Positions 35,076-46,131 of a DNA stretch of 64,000 nt are shown one piece after another. Position 1 is the stretch's first letter, and the number at the start of each line of letters is the position of its first letter. Source of the DNA: a virus (lineage: Duplodnaviria; Caudoviricetes); IMG/VR virus record IMGVR_UViG_3300028832_000114, positions 40,465-104,464 of that record. The stretch is one strand, 5' to 3'. The position numbers and the translations under genes were made by a program. Below the pieces are notes generated by a model. That model searched no databases and was not told the DNA's origin. It worked only from the letters and a program-made list of their open reading frames with translations.

Positions 35076-35433
35076 TCAATCTCTCCTCCAATTCTTTTAA
35101 TTTATTTTCTAATTCATCAATTTTTATATCTTTTGCATCTTTAGGAATTATAATTTCATAATTCTTAGAAATTGTTCCATCTAATTCTTTAACACATATT
35201 CTATGATTTGTTTCGTCGATAAATAATGTTTTTTTAGTTATAATAACATTCTTTATATCCTCTTCTGGTTTTAAATATCTTACTTCAGTATCAGAGGAAT
35301 TAGATGTATTAATAATATTTTGAATTGGAGTGGTTTGATTAGCCATACCTTGATATTGATTTATCATATTTTCAATATTTTCTTTTTGTCTATAAAGTTG
35401 TGTCATCATACCACCATAATTATTATAAGGCAT
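34975..35433 (-). CDS. Hypothetical protein, first gene of the six-gene module
   Basis: GGAAGGGA RBS, 152 aa. Confidence 0.7.
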   Translation of the reverse strand: MPYNNYGGMMTQLYRQKENIENMINQYQGMANQTTPIQNIINTSNSSDTEVRYLKPEEDIKNVIITKKTLFIDETNHRICVKELDGTISKNYEIIIPKDAKDIKIDELENKLKELEERLNDKHTEPVVTNVDVKSTTTSPNKSTKSTTVTTF

Positions 35434-35460
35434 TCTATCCCTTCCTTTCTTTAATACAAC

Positions 35461-35508
35461 AAAAAAAGCCGCGCAATAGGAAACGAATTATCTCCTATTA
35501 CGCGGCTT
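35461..35508 (-). terminator. Leader terminator/attenuator hairpin upstream of the module
   Basis: AAGCCGCGTAATAGGAGAT-AATTC-GTTTCCTATTGCGCGGCTT plus U-run; G-U pairs form only on the - strand. Confidence 0.75.
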
Positions 35509-35532
35509 AAAATGTCGTAATAATAATTTCAT
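35488..35532 (-). CDS. Putative leader peptide MKLLLRHFKPRNRR (or MDWMKLLLRHFKPRNRR from 35541)
   Basis: AAAGGA upstream; the ORF runs through the 5' arm of the terminator and stops at the stem/loop junction. Confidence 0.45.
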   Translation of the reverse strand: MKLLLRHFKPRNRR

Positions 35533-35595
35533 TCAATCCATTTCCTTTTTATAATTCTAGTAAAGATGGCATACAATAACATTGTATCTTCATCC

Positions 35596-35645
35596 TTACA
35601 TATATATTTAATTTTTATCTCAAATCAATTATACTCTTTGTCCCA
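35596..35645 (-). promoter_or_regulatory. Putative late-type promoter variant
   Basis: TGGGACAAAG...TTAAATATATATG resembles the other three copies with slightly shifted spacing. Confidence 0.4.
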
Positions 35646-35660
35646 AAAATTTTTTCAATC

Positions 35661-36608
35661 TTATCTTCAACGACCTATTGCTAACCAACAAAATCTTAAT
35701 GGCGAACCATATAATGCTGTTTGCCCTGCATCTGCAGGAGGTAAATAAGAATACCTTCTATAAAAACAACAATTTGTATTGTTGTTAGGTGTTGGAATAA
35801 TATTTGTCGCTAAAATATTTGCCTGGCCAACTGAAGATGCACTAATATATGCTGGATTAGAAATAACTGTAACATAAGAATTAGTACAAAAAGGTTCAGG
35901 ATATGTAACTGTTAAATAGCTATCAGGAACAGCCTGCCCACCACTAGAGAACGTTGCTATTCCTCCCTCAAGCATTAAACCGCCATCAAATTTTATCCAG
36001 TAAGTATAATTAGATCCTCCATCTACTACTTTTAATCCACTGGTATATCCTAATGCTTTTCCAGGTTTATAAGTAGTCGCCTCTCTAACTTCAAATTGTA
36101 CATTATAATTATTTTTAAATCATTCTCAAGTCTTATCTGAGTCAAGAACATAAAATTCAATAGCAATGTATTTCATTGTACCTGTTGCACCAGTTGGTTT
36201 TAAATTAATTTTAGATTGACTAATAGCAAGGGTGCTTGATGTTTGAGATGCTTTTAAATAAGCACTTGTTCTTGCCATTGCTTGTCCATTTTCATTAAAT
36301 CCAACAATATAATATGAACAAACTCCTATTGGTAACCCAGAAAAATAATAAGTTCCATTAACTGTTCAATCAACTGGAATTAAATTTGAACATAACGCAG
36401 ATGAAGAAGGAGAACCTACTAAAGTATCTGAATTATATCCCCAATAATATCAACCTGTAATTAAATTTTTAGTATGAATTTCATCTATATATATGGGAGC
36501 TGTAATTGGTCTTCTTCCAATTAAATAACTTTTTAACATGTAATGTCCATGTGCAATTCCATCACTATCTAAAAACATTGAATCATTAAATTTAAAAGCT
36601 TTTGACAT
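35661..36608 (-). CDS. Tail fibre/receptor-binding-type protein, 315 aa
   Basis: GGAGG RBS; continuous with TGA=W; C-terminal YWIKFDGGLMLEGG...YPEPF...FCWLAIGRW resembles gp53-like fibre tips. Confidence 0.6.
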
Positions 36609-36622
36609 AATTTAACCTCCTT

Positions 36623-38494
36623 CTACCATTCATCCACAACAGTATATTCTAATATTGTTTTATCATTTATTTTTATTGTTCCCATAGAAGTTGTTCCATT
36701 AATATAATTATTTAAACAAGTTGCGCTTGGATATTCATTATTTCAATTTGAACTTGAAGTATTTAAAGCATTAACTTTATTATCAATAACTTCTGCTGAG
36801 AATCTTAATTTATCTTTTAAGTTATCTTGATAAATAATTATTACTGTTAAATCCATATCTGATCCAACAAGTTCTTCAGTTCCATAGTTAGAAACTTTAT
36901 ATGTATTAGAGTTGTCTGCTAAAGTATAAACAACTGTTTCCACTCCATAATAAATATAATTACTATCAAACATATAAGGAACATCTAAAGCTTGTACGGT
37001 TGCAAGATTTGAAGCACTATATGGTAATCTAGCAGTTCTTTTATAAAATTTTCCATCTGTTAAATTAAGTTCATCGTAATATTCTTCAGTATCATCAAGA
37101 TTAACTAATCCATAATCTGTAATTACAGTTCCATTAGCATCAGAATATGGAATATTAAATGAATATTCATAATAACTTTCATATACCCCTTCATTAACTC
37201 CTTCCCAAGTTAAATGACAACATAAATCTGCAATATTTGGAGTTGATACACAAAGGTATCCTTCATCTTCAACAAGAACATGTTGTCTTGTAGTATTATT
37301 AATTAAACTATCAGCCCATTCTGAAGAACTTACTGCAGTTAATAATTCTACTGAGCTTGATGTTGTTGGTATTGTCTCAATAAACCCAATTTTTCCTAAA
37401 GTAGCTGCACCAGTTGTTACCAATTCGATAGTGTAAGTTTCTGGGGTTACTTTAAAATAAACAACATAATTATTTGATGTACTAACAATATCTCCATTAT
37501 TATCAATACTGTATCCAGAAAAAATCTTAGTTCCATCTTTATCAAATTGATTTAAACCAATTGATAATAATTTAGAAGGATTAGAATTTAATACTACACC
37601 AGTTTGTTGTGCAATATAATTAATTTCAATAATATCATCTACCGTTACAGTTCCACTACTAATTGCGATACCATAATTACTTAAAGTAACAGAAGTGTTA
37701 TTTAATTGCCATTCATTTGCAGTATAACTTATAACAATAGTATCTCCAATATTTTCTCTTGATGTTGTTGTAATTCCATATTCAAGCATATCAACCCATG
37801 TACTTCCATATTTTCATTGATTAGCAACATAATCTACAACAATTTGATCATCTTGAACTTCTTGTCCAGTAGTTGTAATTCCGTATTGACTCATTGTTAC
37901 TGTCGTACTGTTTAAAGTTCAATTACTACCATTATAAATAAAAATATATGTTCCTGTCGTTTGATTTACTTTATTAACAAAGGTATTTTTATTAATATCC
38001 CCAGACATTCTAGAAGATTGATCATCTACAAGAAGACTTGCATCAAAAGTAAAAGTATAAGTATCAGTAATCATTTCTACTTTTTTTGCAAAAGTAGATT
38101 TATCAAGTAAATAAACATCTGTAGAGCTTGTACTTATAATTGGAGTATAAATAAAATCATATATTCCAGAAGTAGAAATTTGAGTTTTAAATGTTGTAGA
38201 ATTAACACTAACTGTTAGTGTTTCTGCGGAAGTTACTGTTGTTGTTAAACTTTCTTCTATAGTAGAAGATTCACTATGTCCAATTAAACTAGATAATTCA
38301 GCATAACCATCAGAGATATCTAACTCTCCACCGGAAGTTCTATATTGCCAAGTATCTTCATCAGTGATACCTTCTTCAGAAGTAAGGTTATCTGCTAATC
38401 CTACTGTTACTCCAGGATAATTTCCATCTGGATTAATTTCAGGATAAACTTGATTAGTTTTCGCAGCATCTTGATAAAATTTTATTTCAGCCAT
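36623..38494 (-). CDS. Virion structural/tail-associated protein, 623 aa
   Basis: ORFs 37919-38494 and 36743-37789 share one frame; internal repeats W.L...V.L..YGI. Confidence 0.65.
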
Positions 38495-38518
38495 AATTTA
38501 TCTTTCTCCTTTCATATT

Positions 38519-39313
38519 CTAATTAATAGAATAGAATAAACCAGTTGTAATTTGTTCACCATCAATGGTTCCAACACCACGTGTTTTTCCTGATTCTCTT
38601 TGATAAGTAAAACCAATAGTATGCATTTCTACATTACCAGTATTTTCTACTCCAATTAAACTATAACTTGTATCTGTTGTAGATATAGAAACAGTCACTA
38701 TATCTGCTACAAAATCATTAAACATTGTATTGATTTGAGTTTTATTATAAAAACCACTCAAATCATCTCCTAATTTTTCTCAACCATTATTTATATAAAA
38801 ATATTCATCAAATCTTTTGACTTCTGTTGGATTAGGAGTATCCATAACATAAAATGTATCATTACTAATATCTGTAGTAGGTAATACATTTACATATTGA
38901 AATTTAACAGACCCCATTTCTCCCTTAGGACCGCGGATATTAACTGTTTGTGGATTTGGCAATCCTTTATCATTCGTTCAAGATATATTTCCATTAGAAT
39001 CAACAGAAGGAGTAAATACAGCACCATTATCTCCATCTGTACCATCAACGGCAAAATAAGATATTGAATAACTAATTAATGAAGTATCATCATTATATTT
39101 TAATGTAATTCTAGTTCATAAATATTGTCCCTGTGTAACTACAGGAAAATCAGTTGATCAAGTTCCACTAGGGATAACAGTTGCGCTGGTTGATGCTTGA
39201 TATTCAACAACTTGATCATAAATACCTCTTCCATCTTCACCTCTAGCATATACTTCAACATCAATTGTATCATCTGTAGATAACATGTTACCCATTGCAG
39301 TTGTTCCAGCCAT
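38519..39313 (-). CDS. Tail fibre-associated protein, 264 aa
   Basis: Joined through TGA: PSGTWST...GQYLWTR...FTPSVDSNGNISWTNDKGLPNPQTVNIRGPKG. Confidence 0.7.
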
Positions 39314-39314
39314 A

Positions 39315-39683
39315 TTATATACTACCTCCTTCTTCACTACTAATAGCTTCAGGATATAAAATTAATAATTTAGGTCCATCATTATCATATCCTACTAAAG
39401 TAGTATTTCCATTTAATTCTATTTCATATCAATATGTTTTTGGTTGACTTTTTAAAGGCTCACCAATTTTCATCTCTTCTGAAGTAAAATCTAAATCCAC
39501 CGAATCAGTGTTTTCATTGATATTAAATCGTTTTTCTAATAAAACTTCCCTTAAATCATTTTCTTTGCAAATATAAAATGTAATATAATCACCAATTCTA
39601 AAAGTGTCACTATTATTTACCAAATGAATTGTAATTTTATCTCCTCTATTTACATAAATTATTTTATTTTTTATTTTATACAT
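39315..39683 (-). CDS. BppU-like baseplate adaptor-type protein
   Basis: IYVNRGD...TYWYEIELN...GPKLLILYPE. Confidence 0.5.
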
Positions 39684-39698
39684 ACCATATCCTCCCTT

Positions 39699-41198
39699 CT
39701 ACGAAATCTCATAATGCAGACCAAGAACAACTTCTCTATCATCTACATATAGAGATCCTCCCTCTGCAGAAGTAGATGTTTGATATTTTAATCCAGTAAA
39801 TGTATTAGACAATCTAGTATTATATATTTGCGATCCAGATGTTGCTGTGGCTTCTTGCACACCTGTTAAATAATAAGTTTGATTTGCAGAAACCAATTCA
39901 GTTGATACAGCTCCTGGTTGTGGTGCATATAATGTAATAGCATTATTATCTCCAACCTTAATTGTACCAACAGTTGCTCCACTTTGTTGAACTGGAGTAA
40001 TTGTAATATCAGCAGCATTAAGATAACTTTTTCCTTCAACAAAGCTTGCAACAGCTTGAGATGTAGGTAATTTAGTACTTGTACTTGCTGCGGAAATACT
40101 TGAATCAACATCTTTATATGCTGCATTATCTAATCCATAAACCGCAATATTTTGTACACTTCCGCTAGATGGTGTTACTTTAATTTGACCATTTGCATCA
40201 CCAGTAGCAAAAGTATAAGTTGTATCACTACCAGGAATTCCTAGTCCAGTAATATCAGATTTACCAACTGCGGAAACTGATTTAATATGTCCCTCTGCAG
40301 TAGTTGCTAATTTATATAAACCTTCAGACTGAGCAGTTGTTAATCTATTTGAATCTGTTGCATGATCATATGCAATTTTACCACGATCTCCGCGATAAGC
40401 AGTTGAACTAGTTTCACCTAAAGCAAGTGTTTCACTAATAACTACAAATCCACTAAGATTTCCTCCCCATCTATAAGTTTTTTCAGTGGTTATATCAACA
40501 TAAATTTTACCAGTCTCACCAACAATTTCTGTTGTATGAGCAGCTTCTTTATAAAATTTATTGTTATAATAATATCCCTCAATTACATCATCAACATAAC
40601 TTGGTAATTGTAAACTAGGCACTTTACCATTTGCATCTAATTCTGCTAAACCATTATTAGAACCTTTTAATGAAGTATCTAACTTATTAGCAAGACCTGC
40701 ATTAACAGCTCCAGAAGTAATTAGTTTTGTACTAGAAGCAGTTCCTCCAACAGAAATATCAATTCCTTTTGTTGCTATTGCACTGATTCCACTACCAATT
40801 AAAACTTCTCCAGAAGTAAATGTTCCAATCCCAGTACCGCCTCGTGAAACAGGTAAAACTCCAGTTGTAATATCTGATGTATCTACTACAGATTTAAAAG
40901 CTAAATCTCCTAATCCATAAACCGATATTTCCGCATTAGTACCATTAGTATTTACTTTAATTGTACCATTAGTTGTACCAGTTTCAATAGCTCTAACACC
41001 AGCATTTGTAATATTTTTATTAGTAATTGTAATACCATTAGAACCAGTATAATTTATACCATCTATTTGAATTCTATGAGTACTATCTTTATCTAAATAT
41101 AATTTTTGAGTATCTTGAACAAAAATAATTTGTCCTTCTACTATATCAAGAGAGGATAATTCAGAATTATTTATTTTTCTAAATCTAACTTGTACCAT
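39699..41198 (-). CDS. Fibre protein with Mtd-N-like anchor domain
   Basis: EGQIIFVQDTQKLYLD N-terminus; AELDANGKVP, LALGETSSTAYRGDRGK; Ser/Thr/Gly-rich. Confidence 0.7.
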   Translation of the reverse strand: MVQVRFRKINNSELSSLDIVEGQIIFVQDTQKLYLDKDSTHRIQIDGINYTGSNGITITNKNITNAGVRAIETGTTNGTIKVNTNGTNAEISVYGLGDLAFKSVVDTSDITTGVLPVSRGGTGIGTFTSGEVLIGSGISAIATKGIDISVGGTASSTKLITSGAVNAGLANKLDTSLKGSNNGLAELDANGKVPSLQLPSYVDDVIEGYYYNNKFYKEAAHTTEIVGETGKIYVDITTEKTYRWGGNLSGFVVISETLALGETSSTAYRGDRGKIAYDHATDSNRLTTAQSEGLYKLATTAEGHIKSVSAVGKSDITGLGIPGSDTTYTFATGDANGQIKVTPSSGSVQNIAVYGLDNAAYKDVDSSISAASTSTKLPTSQAVASFVEGKSYLNAADITITPVQQSGATVGTIKVGDNNAITLYAPQPGAVSTELVSANQTYYLTGVQEATATSGSQIYNTRLSNTFTGLKYQTSTSAEGGSLYVDDREVVLGLHYEIS

Positions 41199-41213
41199 AT
41201 TTTATTCTCCTTT

Positions 41214-43292
41214 CTATGATATATCATAATAAAAACCTGTTGGCACAGGTTTATCATCTACATATAATGTTCCACCACTTGCAGATGTTGAAGTTTGATA
41301 CTTAACTCCTGTAAATGTGCTTGACATCCTAGTATTATAAAGTTGTGTATCATCAGATGAACTTGTACTTTGAACACCTGTTAAATAATATGTTTGATTT
41401 GCATTTGATAATGGAGCAGAAACACGTCCAGAATCAAGTACTTTATAAGCACCGCCATTAACATAAACATTACCCGCATAAAATCCATTTCCAGATCAAT
41501 CGAGTGCATACGCATTAGAACGTGCGTTCTCTGCAGTTCCATTTCCAACAATATCTAGAAAAGTACTATTAGAATCTACTATATTATATCTACCTTGAAC
41601 ATGTTGATAATCACTTGCTGCAACAGTATACTCACCTTCAGCATGAGATTTTTGTCCTGATGCTGTTGTTCCACTACCTTCAGCATGAGAAGCATAATCT
41701 GATGCTGTAGTATAATAACCTTCTGCATGACCATATTTTCCTGATGCATTAGTTGAACGACCTTCTGCATGTGCATATTCATTTGATGCAATAGTTGAAC
41801 GACCTTCCGCATGAGAATACTTTCCGGCAGCTTTTGTAGAATATCCTTCTGCAAAAGCATATTCACCCATAGTATAACTAGCACTTTCCTCATCTGTTCC
41901 AATTGCTCTTAAGCTTCCTGTCGTAGAACCATTAAGTAAATTACTATTTACTTCACTTGTCAAAGGTGTAATTGAATTACTACCAAGAGTAATAACACCA
42001 TTATTTATTTTTGCATCTGTAATACCATAACCACTTAATGTTGTAGGATTTGTACCTGCGGTAATATGACCAGTATCATTAACAGTTACAGAACGATATG
42101 TTCCTGCTGTTATTCCAGAAGTTGCATGTGAAATTGTGCGGCTACCACTTGTTGTAATTGCAGAACTGCTATCTATTGAAATAGGGCTAGTTGCATTAAT
42201 TGTGATACTTGTTACTGTTCCACTAGGTTCGTCTCCTGATGGAATTAGTTCCCATGTATTTGCATTGCTTGTCTTAGTTAAACAAATAAATGTATCTCCA
42301 ACTTTTGCTGCTTTAGAAGCATATGTTCCATCTGTAATTACCTTATAAGTATCACCCACATTAGCAGTTCCATCAACAGGTAATGAAGTAATTGTACCAC
42401 CAGTACCTAAACTACCCTTAAATATCATTGGTTCTGGTAAATTATCAATAGCAGTATCAACATATGCAGTTGTAGCTATCTTTGTAGAATTATCTCCTTG
42501 AGTTTGGGTGGTTGCAGTAACACTACTTGGAATAGCTCCACTTAATTGTGTTGCATCAAGAGTTGAACTTGATGTTAATGGAGTAATTGTATTACTTCCT
42601 AAAGTAATAACTCCACTATCTATTTTCGCATCAGTAATTCCATATCCACTTATAGTTGTTGGATTGCTTCCTGCTGTAACATGTCCTTGAGCATCTACTG
42701 TAACACTTTTATATGTACCAGCTGTAACTCCTGATGTTGCATGATTTAAAGTTATTTTTCCACTAGCTCATGTACTAGAAAGAGCTGTTCCTGCCACAAC
42801 TTTTGTATAATTTTCACGAACAGTAACAGATCACGTTCCACCATTAGCATTTGTTAATTTATATACATAAGTTTGATCTCCTTGTTGAGAATCACTATGT
42901 GAACTTACACTTCTATAATATTGAAATTCAACATTTGTGGGATTTGTTTCATCACTAACATATGCCATAAATGCCATACGTGTTTGACTTCCACTTGCTG
43001 GATTTGCATTTGAACTAGCACGACAATAAACTACATGTTTATTAGTATAAGCAGTAATAAAATCTTGTCAAGTAGAACTTCCATATTTTAAAATTGTCAT
43101 ACCTGACATAAAATTACTATCATTAATTAATTGACTTGTTTTTGTTGGACTTGGACTTAATTCTATTCTATTTGTACCATCTTCATCTAAATACACTTTT
43201 TGTGTATCAGTAGTTACAATAAATTGTCCTTCTGAGACAGAGAGATTTTCTAATTGAGAAGACTCAATTTTATAAGGTTTAAACTTTGCCAT
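41214..43292 (-). CDS. Fibre/adhesin protein, 692 aa, with phage-fibre repeats and YadA-like HAEG repeats
   Basis: ORFs at 43068 and 41496 join in frame; duplicated AGTY.SVTV..GH.TAG.NPTT.SGYGITDA block. Confidence 0.75.
41600..41865 (-). repeat. About six 42-nt (14-aa) HAEG.xT.AS repeats (YadA head-like beta-roll)
   Basis: FAEGYSTKAAGKYS HAEGRSTIASNEYA HAEGRSTNASGKYG HAEGYYTTASDYAS HAEGSGTTASGQKS HAEGEYTVAASDYQ. Confidence 0.85.
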
Positions 43293-43330
43293 ATAATTCC
43301 TCCTTTTGTCTCTTTTATTATTTTTATATT

Positions 43331-44701
43331 TTAAATACTTGTGCTAATAGTTTCTCATTCTAAAATGCTATCAGCATAAGCTTTAGCACCATAAATTGTA
43401 TTAGCACTAGCAGTATCACTTACACTACCAATTACAGTACTTTGTACAGTACTTGCACTACCAGCCGCATCAAAATCAGTTGTTGCCGCATAAGCCGCAC
43501 TGTCTAACCCATAAATACTAACAGCTATACTTCCAACTTTAAATGTTCCATTTGTTGTACCAGTTGTAATATCACTAGGTTGAACTGCACTATCTGCTAA
43601 TCCACCTTGAGCTGCAGTAGCATAAGCACTACTTGCAGTATAAGCTGCGCTATCTAAGCCATAAACGCTAACTGGACTACCATCAACTTTAATAGTTCCA
43701 TTAGTAGTTCCTGTAGTTACACTTTGAACAGCTGTATCTGCTTTACCACCTTGTGTAGAAGTAGCATAAGCGTCACTATTTGTATAAGCAGCACTACCAA
43801 GACCTTTAACTTTTACAGTAGTATAATTAGTTCCATTAATAGTATATTTAATTTCACCATTAACATCACCTTGTGCAATACTTTGAACAGCAGTATCAGC
43901 TTTTCCTAAACTAGCTGTAACTGCGTCTGCTAATTTAGCACTTGTAACAGCTTTACTATCTAATTTATCAGTTGTAACTGCTCCATTAGTTAATTCAGTT
44001 GTTCCAATACTACCGGCAACAATAGTTGCACTAATTACATTATTATTATCAATAGCTAATTGTACTTGAGTTGCACTTGGTTGAGCAGTATAAATATCAA
44101 CTAAATCTTTTGCGGCAATATAAATTGTATCACTAGTTGCATTAGCAATTACTAATTTAATATATTTACCAGCATTTGCCGCACTTGCAGTTCCAGTTCC
44201 AACAATTTTACTTGTTACATCTGTTGTTCCATCATATAATTTACCATCTGATGAATTATAAGTAATATCAACAACAGTTCCACTTTCAACTACCATATCT
44301 TTAGGAATATCAATATTAGCATTTAATCCAGTAGCACTTTGTACTATATTATATCTTTTTGAATAAGGATCTGAACTAGAGCCTGAAGTTTCAGTAACCG
44401 TAACAGTATAATTTGTTGCCGCAGGCACACTTACATAAAGACCTTCTTCACCAGAACCAGTTTGTAAAGTAATATTATTTCCTACTTTTGATGAAATTTG
44501 TACTCCAACTTGATTGTTATTTGTAACTATAATTGATTTATCTTTAGCAACAACTTCAGTTAAATATCCAGGGATATCTGTATTTGATAATTCTATTTCA
44601 CCTAAATAAAACTTATCAGTATCCGTTAAATAATAAAAATCATCAGCACTTTTTGTTAATAAAGCATATTGCTCTGAAGTACACTTATAAAATTTTATCA
44701 T
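43331..44701 (-). CDS. Fibre protein with three ~50-aa repeats
   Basis: Repeats of G.ADTAVQ...G..NGTIKV.G..V.VYGLDSAAYT; extends past TGA at 43355 to TAA at 43331. Confidence 0.7.
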
Positions 44702-44723
44702 AATTCTTCCTTCCTTTCTTTAA

Positions 44724-45158
44724 CTACTGAGTTATTTCTTCTCATGCGGAACCTCCGCTGATTTCATCATAACTATTAGTTAAACTATTCCAACGATATA
44801 AAGTCGTTGCTTCAACATATAAAACTTCATTTTCTCCTTCACTTGGAAGTCCACTATCAGAGAATACTAAATTAGACTTTTGACCAGTCATTTGTGTTCA
44901 TAATCCATTATAATAATTCCATAAAGCGTTTTCTCTTCTAACATAATAGAAACCCTCAATTGGAGATTTCATGGCCTGTCTAGTGGCATCGTCTACAATA
45001 GTCATAATATCTGCGTAGGTTGTTCTTTTTCCGTCTACGTCTAAATATATTGCTCTATCATCAGTTGTAAAGATTAATTGTCCAGCTTTAAGACCGATTT
45101 TGTCTAGCTTGTCGGATGTAGTGGCAATAAATTTCATTATTATTTTATTATTAGCCAT
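44724..45158 (-). CDS. Short fibre-anchor-domain protein, 144 aa
   Basis: GGAGG RBS before MANNK; AGQLIFTTDDRAIYLD. Confidence 0.65.
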
Positions 45159-45174
45159 ATTCGTATCCTCCTTC

Positions 45175-45221
45175 TGAATATATACTAAAAATAGCATAAT
45201 CTTATTTTTCGCTTTTGACCA
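45175..45221 (-). promoter_or_regulatory. Putative phage late promoter
   Basis: TGGTCAAAAG...TTTTTAGTATATA. Confidence 0.55.
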
Positions 45222-45234
45222 TAATAAAACAAAT

Positions 45235-45267
45235 AAAAAAAAGATTAGTTTATACAAAACTAATCTT
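45235..45267 (-). terminator. Rho-independent terminator after holin
   Basis: AAGATTAGTTT-TGTAT-AAACTAATCTT plus T-run. Confidence 0.7.
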
Positions 45268-45562
45268 CTTTTACTTCCTCAGTAGGAATTTCTTCTTGAA
45301 TAGGTTGCTCTTCAATTTCAGGTTGAATTTCTTCAGCTTCATCTCTTTCAATTAATTCTTCTTCCATATCAACTTCTGGTAATCCAGCAACTGATGTTAA
45401 GATAGATAATAATGCGGCTAGTGCACTTGTTCCTAACACTGTTAGCCAACTAACTTCATTAATTGAAATTCCTGCTGGAATTAATGCTAAAGCTGTTTGT
45501 GCAAAAGTTTTAAGAGCTCTAACTAATGCACGTCTTAACCATACTTTAAAATTTGTTCTCAT
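45260..45562 (-). CDS. Holin (r1t-like) with acidic C-terminal tail
   Basis: WLRRALVRALKTFAQTALA...SILTSVAGLPEV. Confidence 0.85.
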   Translation of the reverse strand: MRTNFKVWLRRALVRALKTFAQTALALIPAGISINEVSWLTVLGTSALAALLSILTSVAGLPEVDMEEELIERDEAEEIQPEIEEQPIQEEIPTEEVKED

Positions 45563-45563
45563 A

Positions 45564-45863
45564 CTATTCTTTTTCCTCCTCTTTTTCTTCAACTATTTCA
45601 GCCTCTCCTGATTGAACTTCATCAACTGGCATTGATGGCAATGTTCCAGAAGCTAACGCGCCCAATAAATCTAAAACAGGATTTTGTTCATTAATAGCCT
45701 CTGTTGATTCTTCTTCTTTATGTTCCTCTTGTTTGATTGCTTCTTGATATTGATTTGCCATCATAGAATAAATATCAAAAACTGCATAATAACTTTCTTC
45801 AAGAGATGCTTTTGAATTATTAATTAAATCAATAATTTTATTTTTTAAATCATTAATTTTCAT
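45564..45863 (-). CDS. Small acidic hypothetical protein
   Basis: 99 aa; paralogous to the next gene. Confidence 0.65.
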   Translation of the reverse strand: MKINDLKNKIIDLINNSKASLEESYYAVFDIYSMMANQYQEAIKQEEHKEEESTEAINEQNPVLDLLGALASGTLPSMPVDEVQSGEAEIVEEKEEEKE

Positions 45864-46101
45864 TTATTTCTTCCTTTCCTTTCTCTTCTTGCTCTTTTAT
45901 TTCTTCGGTTTCCTGATTTTGTTCTTGTTTTCCTTTTAAATCAAATTCAACTGTCTCATTTTCTTCATTTTCAAGTTGTTTATTATATAAATCAACAACC
46001 TCTGTCATAATATCTCTTAATACAAAATATATACAATCAATTGATAAATTTGATTGAATGATTGTATCAGTAATATTTTTTCTTAAATCATTTAATAACA
46101 T
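45853..46101 (-). CDS. Small acidic hypothetical protein
   Basis: 82 aa; NDLRKNITDTI versus NDLKNKIIDLI in the neighbour. Confidence 0.65.
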   Translation of the reverse strand: MLLNDLRKNITDTIIQSNLSIDCIYFVLRDIMTEVVDLYNKQLENEENETVEFDLKGKQEQNQETEEIKEQEEKGKEEINEN

Positions 46102-46131
46102 TTTAAAATCCTCCTTTTATTTCCTTTTATA

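Noticed and set aside
39699-41420. Similar C-terminal regions of two fibre genes as a DGR template/variable repeat pair
   Set aside because: Differences are not adenine-specific, both copies are coding, and no reverse transcriptase is in the window.
41600-41865. 42-nt periodic repeats as a CRISPR array
   Set aside because: They are degenerate in-frame coding repeats (HAEG motif) with no constant repeat and unique spacer structure.
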